From NCBI GenBank assembly GCA_964437345.1, contig CAYTGQ010000001.1, positions 220-64,219 of the forward strand: a DNA stretch of 64,000 nucleotides, written 5' to 3'. Source of the stretch: an uncultured Lachnoclostridium sp. Its GTDB lineage: Bacteria > Bacillota > Clostridia > Lachnospirales > Lachnospiraceae. This document shows, in pieces, positions 35,566 through 43,916 of this stretch. Below the pieces are notes generated by a model that worked only from the letters and a program-made list of their open reading frames with translations, had not been told where the DNA came from and made no database searches. The number at the start of each line of letters is the position of its first letter. Within the stretch, counting starts at the first letter, position 1. The position numbers and the translations under genes are program-made.

Positions 35566-36624
35566 ATGAAAAAGAGATTTTTAGCACTTATGATGGTTGC
35601 TGCATTAACTATGACAGCATTAGTTGGCTGCGGTGGTGGAAGCGAAGATACTTCAACTGATACTCAGCAGACAGAAACAACAGAAGACACAACTACAACA
35701 GAAGATACATCTTCTGATTTAATCACAGTTGGTTTCGCTCAGGTAGGTCATGAATCTGACTGGCGTACAGCTAACACACAGAACTTCCAGGATGTTTTCT
35801 CAGAAGCAAATGGTTATGCATTAAGCTTCGTAGACTGTGATAATGACAATGCTACACAGCTTGAAGCAGTTCGTACATTCATCCAGCAGGAATTAGATTA
35901 CATCGTAATCGCTCCAATCGAAACAGCTGGTTGGGACACAGTTCTTCAGGAAGCTGAAGATGCTGGTATTCCAGTAATTATCGCAGATAGAGAAATCGAT
36001 GCTGATCCTTCTATGTATGATGCTTGGGTAGGAACAAACACAACTAACGAAGGTATCACAGCTGGTAACTGGCTTGCTGAATACTTAAACGGTGCTGAAG
36101 CTAACATTCTTGTTATTGAAGGTTCTGTAGGTGCTTCTGCAGCAATCGGACGTACAAATGGTTTCAATCAGGTAGCTGCTGAACATCCAGAATGGACAAT
36201 TCTTGATTCTCAGTCTGGTGACTTCACACAGGCAGGTGGACAGGAAGTTATGGAATCCTACATTAAGACATATGAAGGTCAGTTCAACGTAGTAGTTTGC
36301 CAGAACGATAACGAAGCTTATGGTGCAATGGATGCTATGAAAGCTGCTGGTATTACATATGGTGTTGATGGTGACGTAATCATTATTTCTTATGATGCTA
36401 CACACGATGGCTTACAGTACACATTAGATGGTGCTTTCCACTGTAACGTAGAATGTAACCCAATTCAGGCAGAAGTAGTTGCAGGTGTTATCCAGAAAAT
36501 GCATGCAGGCGAAGCTTATGATGCTGTAACATTAGTTAATGATGAAGCATTCGTAGCTCCTGGAATCGAAAGTGCATACGCTACAACAATGACAGAAGAA
36601 ATTTTAGCAGGTCGTAAATACTAA
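35566..36624 (+). CDS. Sugar ABC transporter substrate-binding lipoprotein, YtfQ-like (furanose-type)
   Basis: Lipobox LVGCGG, T/E-rich linker, then VGFAQVGHESDWRTANT...SQSGDFTQAGGQEVMESY..., resembling E. coli YtfQ (VGFSQVGSESGWR...SQSGDFT...GKEVMES, from memory). ATG 35566 lies after GGGAGG. Confidence 0.88.
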   Translation: MKKRFLALMMVAALTMTALVGCGGGSEDTSTDTQQTETTEDTTTTEDTSSDLITVGFAQVGHESDWRTANTQNFQDVFSEANGYALSFVDCDNDNATQLEAVRTFIQQELDYIVIAPIETAGWDTVLQEAEDAGIPVIIADREIDADPSMYDAWVGTNTTNEGITAGNWLAEYLNGAEANILVIEGSVGASAAIGRTNGFNQVAAEHPEWTILDSQSGDFTQAGGQEVMESYIKTYEGQFNVVVCQNDNEAYGAMDAMKAAGITYGVDGDVIIISYDATHDGLQYTLDGAFHCNVECNPIQAEVVAGVIQKMHAGEAYDAVTLVNDEAFVAPGIESAYATTMTEEILAGRKY

Positions 36625-36669
36625 GATATAGTATAATTGTAAGATTATAATGTAAAGTAAGACTACAGG

Positions 36670-36702
36670 AGGGAGAAATTCTATTTTTGAGAGTTTCTCC
36701 CT
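36670..36702 (+). terminator. Hairpin between the binding-protein gene and the ABC ATPase gene (attenuator/partial terminator)
   Basis: AGGGAGAAA (36670-36678) pairs with TTTCTCCCT (36694-36702), then TTATTAT. This is the usual arrangement that gives an excess of binding-protein mRNA. Confidence 0.5.
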
Positions 36703-36730
36703 TTATTATAATAAAAGGGAGGATGTTGAA

Positions 36731-38251
36731 ATGGAAAAAGATGTTGTACTGAAAATGACAGGCATCTGCATGACATTCCCTGGAGTAAAGGCATTACAGA
36801 ACGTAGACTTTACTTTGAAGAAAGGTGAAATTCGTGCTCTGATGGGGGAAAATGGTGCAGGTAAATCCACCCTTATCAAATGTCTGACAGGTGTTAACAA
36901 ATTTGAAGCCGGAGAAATTTATTTAGATGGAATAGAAGGTCCTATTGTAAACAGGGACACCATGGATGCACAGAAAAAAGGTATTTCTACTGTATATCAG
37001 GAAGTAAACTTATGTCCGAACCTTTCTGTTGCAGAAAACTTATTTATCGGTCGTGAACCATTAACAAAAATCGGAACAGTTAATAGAAAGAAAATGAACC
37101 AGATGGCTTCCAAGCTTATGGAAGAACTGGATTTGGATATTGATGTAACAAAAAATCTCGAAGATTATTCACTGGCGTTGCAACAGATGATAGCAATTGC
37201 CCGTGCTGTAGATATGGAATGTAAGGTTCTGATTTTAGATGAACCAACTTCCTCTTTAGATGATAATGAAGTAGCAAAATTGTTTGTTATGATGAGAAGA
37301 CTTCGTGAACAGGGCGTTGGTATTGTCTTTGTTACACACTTCTTAGAGCAGGTATATGAAGTATGTGATGGAATTACGGTACTTCGTAATGGTACTCTGG
37401 TTGGGGAATACACAGTAGAAGAGCTTCCAAGAGTAAAACTGGTAGCTGCCATGATGGGTAAGGATTTTGATGATCTTGCTTCTATTAAACCGGAGGGCAG
37501 CGGTGATAAGAGTAATGAACCTATTGAAATTGAAGCAAATGGTTTAAGTCATGCCGGTAAGATTAAACCATTTGATTTAACAATACATAAAGGCGAAGTA
37601 ATTGGTCTTACCGGACTTTTGGGAAGTGGTCGAAGCGAACTTGCCCGTACTATTTATGGTGCAGACCGTGCCCAGACAGGTACTTTAAAAGTAGATGGTA
37701 AAGAGGTTAAGATTAAAGAACCAATTGATGCCATGAATCTTGGTATGGGACTTTTACCGGATGATAGAAAAGCAGAGGGCATTATTGCAGATTTATCAGT
37801 TCGTGAGAATATTATTCTTGCAATGCAGGCTAAGCTTGGAACTATGAAGAAGATTCCAATGGCAAAGCAGATTGAAATTGCAGATCAGTTTATCGAAATG
37901 CTGCAGATTAAAACTGCCAGCAGAGAAACTTTAGTAAAGCAGCTTTCCGGTGGTAACCAGCAGAAGGTTATTCTTGCAAGATGGTTAGCAACCAATCCGG
38001 ATTTCTTAATTTTAGATGAACCAACCCGTGGTATTGATATCGGTACGAAGACAGAAATCCAGAAGCTGGTTGTTAAACTGGCAGAAGAAGGAAAGAGCAT
38101 TATCTTTATTTCTTCCGAAATCGAAGAAATGCTTCGTACCTGTAACCGTATGGCAGTGCTTCGTGATGGTGCCAAGGTTGGAGAGATTTCTGGCGATATG
38201 ACTCAGGAAAGCGTAATGAAAGCGATTGCAGGAGGGGATAGTAATGAATAA
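36731..38251 (+). CDS. Sugar ABC transporter ATP-binding protein (duplicated ABC domains, YtfR/MglA-like)
   Basis: Two Walker A sites (GENGAGKST, GLLGSGRSE), two signature motifs (LSLALQQ, LSGGNQQK), and Walker B sites ILDEPTSSLD and ILDEPTRGID. Confidence 0.93.
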   Translation: MEKDVVLKMTGICMTFPGVKALQNVDFTLKKGEIRALMGENGAGKSTLIKCLTGVNKFEAGEIYLDGIEGPIVNRDTMDAQKKGISTVYQEVNLCPNLSVAENLFIGREPLTKIGTVNRKKMNQMASKLMEELDLDIDVTKNLEDYSLALQQMIAIARAVDMECKVLILDEPTSSLDDNEVAKLFVMMRRLREQGVGIVFVTHFLEQVYEVCDGITVLRNGTLVGEYTVEELPRVKLVAAMMGKDFDDLASIKPEGSGDKSNEPIEIEANGLSHAGKIKPFDLTIHKGEVIGLTGLLGSGRSELARTIYGADRAQTGTLKVDGKEVKIKEPIDAMNLGMGLLPDDRKAEGIIADLSVRENIILAMQAKLGTMKKIPMAKQIEIADQFIEMLQIKTASRETLVKQLSGGNQQKVILARWLATNPDFLILDEPTRGIDIGTKTEIQKLVVKLAEEGKSIIFISSEIEEMLRTCNRMAVLRDGAKVGEISGDMTQESVMKAIAGGDSNE

Positions 38252-39305
38252 AATAAAAGAAATCACGAAAAAACCGTTATTCCTGCCAATCTTTAGTATG
38301 ATTTTAGTTATGCTCATTAACGTTGTTTTTGACGTAGCAGCAGGAAATGAAGCTTTTAACTTCTTTGAAATCTCTATTAAAAATGGAGTTTTATATGGAC
38401 GTTTAATTGATATTTTAAACCGTGGCAGTGAAGCGGCTATTTTAGCAATTGGTATGACACTGGTAGTATCTTCCTCAGGCGGAACGGATATTTCAGTTGG
38501 GTCTGTTATGAGCTTAACTGGTGGTATGTGCTGTATGCTTTTAGCTGGATACGGCGTAACAAATGTATCTGAATATGCAAATCCGCTTTGGGTAGGTTTA
38601 TTAGGTGGTATCGCAGTAGCCTTAGTTTGTGGTATTTTTAATGGTTTTCTAGTAGCTTATATGAATATTCAGCCAATGGTAGCAACTTTGATATTATGGT
38701 CGGCCGGACGAGCAATCGGATTACTTCTTTGTAATAGTCAGATTGTATATGTACGTGTACCTTCCTTCCAGTTTTTTGGCTCATACTGGGGATTTATACC
38801 TACACCGATTGTAATTACAATTGTATGTGTTGCAGTAGCTGCAGTAGTTTTAAAATATACAGCTCTTGGAACTTATATTCAGAGTGTTGGTATCAATAAG
38901 AAAGCATCCAGAATTTCTGGTATCAACTCTTCCAAGATTATTTTACTTTGTTATGCAATTTGTGGTTTATGTGCAGGTATTGCAGGTATTGTAGCAACTT
39001 CCAGAATTTATTCTGCAGATACGAATAACATCGGTCTGGATATGGAATTGGATGCTATCTTAGCAGTAGCACTTGGTGGAAACAGTCTTGGCGGTGGTAA
39101 ATTTAATCTTGCAGGTTCCATTATTGGAGCTTATACAATTCAGGCAATTACAACAACTCTGTATGCGTTAGGCGTTTCTTCTGCAGAAGCACCTGTATTT
39201 AAAGCAATCGTAGTTATTTTAATCGTAATTATTCAGGCGACTCCTGTAAAAGAATTTTTCAAAAAGCTTTCTGCCAAGAAAGCAGAAGTAAAGGAGGTAG
39301 CATAG
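38244..39305 (+). CDS. Sugar ABC transporter permease (YtfT-like)
   Basis: Polytopic protein with the GGTDISVGSVMSL motif of the ribose/galactose-type permease family. ATG 38244 overlaps the ATPase stop by 8 nt (ATGAATAA). Confidence 0.9.
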   Translation: MNKIKEITKKPLFLPIFSMILVMLINVVFDVAAGNEAFNFFEISIKNGVLYGRLIDILNRGSEAAILAIGMTLVVSSSGGTDISVGSVMSLTGGMCCMLLAGYGVTNVSEYANPLWVGLLGGIAVALVCGIFNGFLVAYMNIQPMVATLILWSAGRAIGLLLCNSQIVYVRVPSFQFFGSYWGFIPTPIVITIVCVAVAAVVLKYTALGTYIQSVGINKKASRISGINSSKIILLCYAICGLCAGIAGIVATSRIYSADTNNIGLDMELDAILAVALGGNSLGGGKFNLAGSIIGAYTIQAITTTLYALGVSSAEAPVFKAIVVILIVIIQATPVKEFFKKLSAKKAEVKEVA

Positions 39306-39306
39306 T

Positions 39307-40335
39307 ATGAATAAGGGTAAGAAGAAATTGAGTATCAATAGTAATACTATTTTATTATTGATTACTATCGTATTATTTTTCGTTATGTATGCTGCCGGTT
39401 GCGTAATTTATGCAGATAAAGGTTTTACACGTCTACAGACATTTTTAAATGTACTGATTAATAATTCTGGATTAATCGTAATTGCTTGTGGCATGACTTG
39501 TGTCATGTTGACAGGTGGTATTGATATTTCTGTAGGCTCCTTAGTAGCTCTTGACTGTATGCTTTTAGCAGTGGGAATTGAGCATTGGGGAATGAGTAGT
39601 CCTGTACTTATGGTAGCTGTTTTAGTAATAGGCTTATTATTTGGTTTTGTTCAAGGCTTTTGCGTGGCATATCTGGATATTCAGCCGTTTATTGTCACCA
39701 TGGCAGGTATGTTCTTTGCCCGAGGCATGACAGCAGTTCTTTCTACACAGCAGGTAAGTATTACTTCAGATGCTATTATGGTAGGTTTAGCTAATGCTAA
39801 AATTCAGCTTCCATTTGGAGCTTATGAAAACAAAAAAGGAATTTTACAGGTTCCATATGTCCGCGTAGCAGTTGTTGTTGCACTGGTTATTGTAGTTATT
39901 GTATTTTTAATGTTGAAATATACTAAGTTTGGAAGAAGTCTTTACGCAGTTGGTGGTAACCAGACATCTGCAACATTAATGGGGCTTGATGTAAAGAAAA
40001 CAAAGCTTGGTGCTTATGTACTTTCCAGTTTCTTGACATCTATCGGTGGTATCTGTTATTGTTTAAATACTATGTCAGGAAGTCCAAGACAGGCATTGGG
40101 ATTAGAAATGGATGCAATTTCATCTTCTATCATTGGTGGAACACTGCTGACAGGTGGTGTTGGTAATGTTTTTGGAACATTTTTTGGTACTTTGATTAAT
40201 GGAACAATTTCTATTTTAGTTAAAACCAATGGTAAACTGGTAAGTTCCTGGGCAAATATTGTAACAGCGATTCTGCTTTGCTTCTTTATTATCTTACAGG
40301 CAATTTTTGCTAAGATTAAGGATAGTAAAAAGTAA
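39307..40335 (+). CDS. Sugar ABC transporter permease (YjfF-like)
   Basis: Second paralogous permease (GGIDISVGSLVAL). Starts 1 nt after the stop of the previous gene. The two-permease architecture matches E. coli ytfQRT-yjfF. Confidence 0.9.
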   Translation: MNKGKKKLSINSNTILLLITIVLFFVMYAAGCVIYADKGFTRLQTFLNVLINNSGLIVIACGMTCVMLTGGIDISVGSLVALDCMLLAVGIEHWGMSSPVLMVAVLVIGLLFGFVQGFCVAYLDIQPFIVTMAGMFFARGMTAVLSTQQVSITSDAIMVGLANAKIQLPFGAYENKKGILQVPYVRVAVVVALVIVVIVFLMLKYTKFGRSLYAVGGNQTSATLMGLDVKKTKLGAYVLSSFLTSIGGICYCLNTMSGSPRQALGLEMDAISSSIIGGTLLTGGVGNVFGTFFGTLINGTISILVKTNGKLVSSWANIVTAILLCFFIILQAIFAKIKDSKK

Positions 40336-40380
40336 GGAATCTGGCATAAGTATTATAAAAGTGGCAGGATGAGGGATAAT

Positions 40381-41418
40381 ATGGCAAAAAAAGGTATAGT
40401 TTGGCTGACGTTGATTTTTAGCTTGTGTCTCTTGGCAGGTTGTGGGACGGAAAAGGAAAAAGATGGAATTACAACATCACAAATGGAATTAGAAGAAGAA
40501 TTTGTGGAAAATAGCGAAGAATACATTGTTGTTGGTTTTTCACAGGTTGGTTCTGAGTCAGACTGGAGAGTTGCCAGTACAGAGTCAGTTAAAAGTACCT
40601 TTACAGCAGAAAATGGCTATTATCTGATTTTTGAAGATGCACAGCAAAAGCAGGAAAATCAAATTAAAGCAATACGTAATTTTATCCTTCAGGAAGTGGA
40701 TTATATTATATTAGATCCAATTGTTGAAAATGGCTGGGATGCAGTTTTTAATGAGGCACGGGAAGCAGAAATTCCAATTATTCTGGTTGACCGTTCTGTA
40801 GTAGTAGAGGATGAGGGCTTATATACATGCTGGGTCGGAAGTGATTTTACTGCAGAGGGAAGACGGGCAGGAGAATGGTTGCAGAATTATCTGGAAGAGC
40901 AGGGAAGAGAAGAGGAAGAAATTAACATTGTTACCTTACAGGGAACGATTAATTCTACGGCTCAGATTGGTCGGAGTGACGGATTTAGAGAAATATTAGA
41001 AAAGCAGCCAAATTGGAATATGCTTGAGGAATGTACAGCAGATTTCGTGCAGGCAAAGGGGCAGGAGGTTATGGAATACTTTCTGAATACCTATGAAGAT
41101 ATTGATGTAGTAATCAGTCAGAACGACAATATGACATTTGGTGCTGTTGAAGCCATTCGAAAAGCAGGAAAAACCTGCGGATCAGATGGAGATATTATTA
41201 TCATTTCTTTTGATGCGGTAGAAGCGGCTTTAGAGGCTATGAAAGAAGGAGATATTAATGCTGAATTTGAGTGCAATCCTCATTTGGCACCATTGGTTTC
41301 AGAAGTAATTCAGCAATTGGAAAGTGGAAAAGCAGTAGATAAAATTCAATATGTGGATGAAACATACTTTGACACAACTATGGATTTGGAAGAAATTATA
41401 GAAGAAAGAACGTATTAA
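40381..41418 (+). CDS. Second YtfQ-like substrate-binding lipoprotein (paralogue of 35566-36624)
   Basis: Lipobox LLAGCG. VGFSQVGSESDWRVAST...DAQQKQENQIKAIRNF...ADFVQAKGQEVMEY. About 40% identical by eye to the first binding protein, and closer than it to the YtfQ motif set. Confidence 0.85.
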   Translation: MAKKGIVWLTLIFSLCLLAGCGTEKEKDGITTSQMELEEEFVENSEEYIVVGFSQVGSESDWRVASTESVKSTFTAENGYYLIFEDAQQKQENQIKAIRNFILQEVDYIILDPIVENGWDAVFNEAREAEIPIILVDRSVVVEDEGLYTCWVGSDFTAEGRRAGEWLQNYLEEQGREEEEINIVTLQGTINSTAQIGRSDGFREILEKQPNWNMLEECTADFVQAKGQEVMEYFLNTYEDIDVVISQNDNMTFGAVEAIRKAGKTCGSDGDIIIISFDAVEAALEAMKEGDINAEFECNPHLAPLVSEVIQQLESGKAVDKIQYVDETYFDTTMDLEEIIEERTY

Positions 41419-41424
41419 AAGGAA

Positions 41425-41460
41425 GAAGCAGGTTTTAGAAATCTAAAACTTGCTTCTTTT
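41425..41460 (+). terminator. Terminator after the second binding-protein gene
   Basis: GAAGCAGGTTTTAGA (41425-41439) pairs with TCTAAAACTTGCTTC (41442-41456) with one G-U pair, then TTTT. Confidence 0.75.
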
Positions 41461-41616
41461 TGTGAGAGGAAAGAGTTTGAGATTCTTAACAAAGCTTGAT
41501 TTAAAGCTTGATTTAAGGAAGAAAATGGATATAATAATATAAGATAAAACGACAAATTTAGAGTGTTTATATACATGTTTTATTTCATATATATTATAGA
41601 AAGAGATGAGAAGGTT

Positions 41617-42783
41617 ATGATAACTTTGTTAAGCAAAATTTTTATTAAAAATCACAAAGAATATAAAAACCCCGATGTACGAAGAAAATATGGAATGCTT
41701 ACCAGTATTGTAGGAATCTGCCTGAATATTCTGCTGTTTTTGGGAAAATATTTTGCGGGTATAGTAAGCGGTTCTATTGCTGTGACAGCAGATGCATTTA
41801 ACAATTTATCTGATGCCGGCTCATCATTTATGACACTTGTTGGATTTAAGTTTGCAGGGATGAAGCCGGATAAAGAGCATCCTTTTGGACATGGACGATT
41901 TGAATACGTGGCCGGGCTGGGAGTGTCCATGGCAATTATTTTGATGGGATTTGAGTTACTGAAATCTTCTGTGGATAAGGTATTGAATCCTTCTGTAGTG
42001 AATATGGATATGCTTACAATGGTAATTTTGATAGTATCAATTTGTGTCAAAATATATATGGCTGTTTATAATTTAACAACCAGTAAGAAAATTGATTCAC
42101 CAGCCATGAAAGCCACTGGAATGGACAGCTTAAGTGATACTATTGCTACTGCTGTAGTATTTGCTTCGGCAATTGTATCCAAGGTATTCCAGTGGAATAT
42201 TGATGGATATTGTGGTATTATGGTAGCGTTTTTAATTTTGTATGCTGGATATAGTGCAGCAAAGGAAACAATCAGTCCACTTCTGGGAACAGCTCCATCA
42301 CAGGAACTGGTAGAGGAAATTAAGGGAATTGTTATGGCACATGATGAAATTGTAGGAATACATGATTTGATTGTGCATGATTATGGTCCTGGGAGGATGA
42401 TTATTTCTTTACATGGAGAAGTGTCGGGTGATGAAGATGTATTTGTTCTTCATGATGCAATTGACCGGATTGAAAGAGAATTGGGAGATAAGCTCAATTG
42501 TGAGGCTGTAATACATATGGATCCAATTGCAGTTAATGATGAATTGGTAAATAATACAAAGACGCAGGTTGAAGAACTTGTCATTTCTGTGGACCAGCGG
42601 CTTACAATACATGATTTTCGAATGGTAACCGGAACAACTCATACGAATCTTATCTTTGATATTTTAGTGCCATATGGATTGGAAATGACGGATGAACAGA
42701 TAAAAAGAGCAGTAGAGGAACTGATTTGTAAAAAATGGAATAACTATTTTGCAGTAATTAAGGTGGATAAGTCTTACGTTTAA
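41617..42783 (+). CDS. Cation diffusion facilitator (CDF) family metal efflux protein
   Basis: Six-TM core with AVTADAFNNLSDAGS, HPFGHGRFEY and SLSDTIAT, plus a C-terminal cytoplasmic domain (VGIHDLIVHDYGPG...IHMDP). ATG 41617 (RBS GAGAAGG) is preferred over the ORF-track start 41563. Confidence 0.9.
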   Translation: MITLLSKIFIKNHKEYKNPDVRRKYGMLTSIVGICLNILLFLGKYFAGIVSGSIAVTADAFNNLSDAGSSFMTLVGFKFAGMKPDKEHPFGHGRFEYVAGLGVSMAIILMGFELLKSSVDKVLNPSVVNMDMLTMVILIVSICVKIYMAVYNLTTSKKIDSPAMKATGMDSLSDTIATAVVFASAIVSKVFQWNIDGYCGIMVAFLILYAGYSAAKETISPLLGTAPSQELVEEIKGIVMAHDEIVGIHDLIVHDYGPGRMIISLHGEVSGDEDVFVLHDAIDRIERELGDKLNCEAVIHMDPIAVNDELVNNTKTQVEELVISVDQRLTIHDFRMVTGTTHTNLIFDILVPYGLEMTDEQIKRAVEELICKKWNNYFAVIKVDKSYV

Positions 42784-42833
42784 TGGCCTTATAGTGAGAA
42801 TGATACAAGAGGAATTTTTACTGTAAAAAGTAT

Positions 42834-42862
42834 TTGGAAAATCAGAGTAATTGTGTTAGAAT
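42834..42862 (+). promoter_or_regulatory. Sigma-A promoter for the deacetylase-bactofilin pair
   Basis: TTGGAA (42834-42839), 17-nt spacer, TGtTAGAAT (hexamer 42857-42862). Confidence 0.5.
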
Positions 42863-42891
42863 GTATTTGTAAGATTTTGCGAAGGGATGGT

Positions 42892-43893
42892 ATGATGGAA
42901 AAGAGCAACACCATCAATCACGAAGAACAGGAATACCGCCGCAGAAGAGTGCAGCGGATGAAGAAGATGATTGTAGGGACCATCATTGTTTTAGTATTAG
43001 TACCAACCATTTGTTGTATTGGTTTATTATTTAAAGTCAGACAGCTGGAGAAACAACTGGAAAATTTAACAGGAAACCAGATTAGTATAAAAGAAAGATT
43101 ATTAGATTTTGATACATCATTTAGTTCTACGGTCGTGTATGCGACAGATGTGTTGAGCGAAAATGTAGTTATTAACCAAAACGAGGACGGGAATAATACA
43201 GAAAATGGCGCGGAGGATAAGGCGCTTACATATGAGGAGCAATTAGATAAAACCATTGAGAAAGGTAAGGTTTACCTCACCTTTGACGATGGACCGGGAC
43301 CATATACAGATGAACTGTTAGATGTTTTAGCCGAATATGATGTAAAGGCTACTTTTTTTGTGATTGGAAGAAAAGACGAGCATTCGTTGGAAATGTATAA
43401 AAGAATTGTAGACGAAGGGCATACATTAGCAATGCATTCCTACACCCATCAATATGGGAAAATCTATAGTTCTGTAGAGGCATTTGAAAAGGATTTTAAA
43501 AAGTTAAGTAATCTGCTTTATAAGACAACAGGAGTAAGACCAAAGTATTACCGCTTTCCGGGAGGAAGCAGCAATCAGGTAAGCTCATTGCCGATGGCAG
43601 ATTTCATAGCTTATTTAAATGATAATGATATTGTATATTATGATTGGAATGTAATTAACGGTGATGCAACAGGAGAAAAGCTGACTACTAAACAGATGAT
43701 TAAAAATGTAATGTCTGGTGTAAGAACGAACAATAATTCCATTGTTTTGATGCATGATTCTGTTTCCAATGATACTACAGTAAAATCATTGGCATCTTTA
43801 ATCAAGAAACTCCAGAAAGAGGGGTATACAATATTGCCAATTACCGAATATACAAAACCAATTCAGCATGTTAAAGCTGATTCAGTGGAATAG
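42892..43893 (+). CDS. Membrane-anchored polysaccharide (peptidoglycan-type) deacetylase, NodB domain
   Basis: Basic cytoplasmic tail EYRRRRVQRMKKM and one TM helix. NodB motifs LTFDDGPGPYT, HSYTH, FRFPGGS, LMHD. The ORF-track GTG 42853 lies inside a promoter-like element, so ATG 42892 is preferred. Confidence 0.88.
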   Translation: MMEKSNTINHEEQEYRRRRVQRMKKMIVGTIIVLVLVPTICCIGLLFKVRQLEKQLENLTGNQISIKERLLDFDTSFSSTVVYATDVLSENVVINQNEDGNNTENGAEDKALTYEEQLDKTIEKGKVYLTFDDGPGPYTDELLDVLAEYDVKATFFVIGRKDEHSLEMYKRIVDEGHTLAMHSYTHQYGKIYSSVEAFEKDFKKLSNLLYKTTGVRPKYYRFPGGSSNQVSSLPMADFIAYLNDNDIVYYDWNVINGDATGEKLTTKQMIKNVMSGVRTNNNSIVLMHDSVSNDTTVKSLASLIKKLQKEGYTILPITEYTKPIQHVKADSVE

Positions 43894-43916
43894 CTACGCA
43901 GGGAGGTATAGAGCAC

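Noticed and set aside
41491-41514. A tandem duplication of AAAGCTTGATTT (2 x 12 bp) between the terminator and the CDF gene.
   Set aside because: There are only two copies and no associated structure or ORF. It is most simply a slippage duplication in AT-rich spacer. I also saw no riboswitch-like conserved G/C-rich core upstream of the CDF gene.
42853-42891. N-terminal extensions implied by the ORF track, for example GTG 42853 for the deacetylase. Similar cases are 46007 (frr), 48303 (dxr), 50655 (ispG), 35524 (binding protein), 41563 (CDF), 26880 (ATPase), 23555 (rpsB) and 56228 (MTase).
   Set aside because: In each case a downstream ATG has a proper Shine-Dalgarno 5-10 nt upstream and yields the canonical N-terminus. 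The longer versions overlap promoters, RBSs or the preceding gene.
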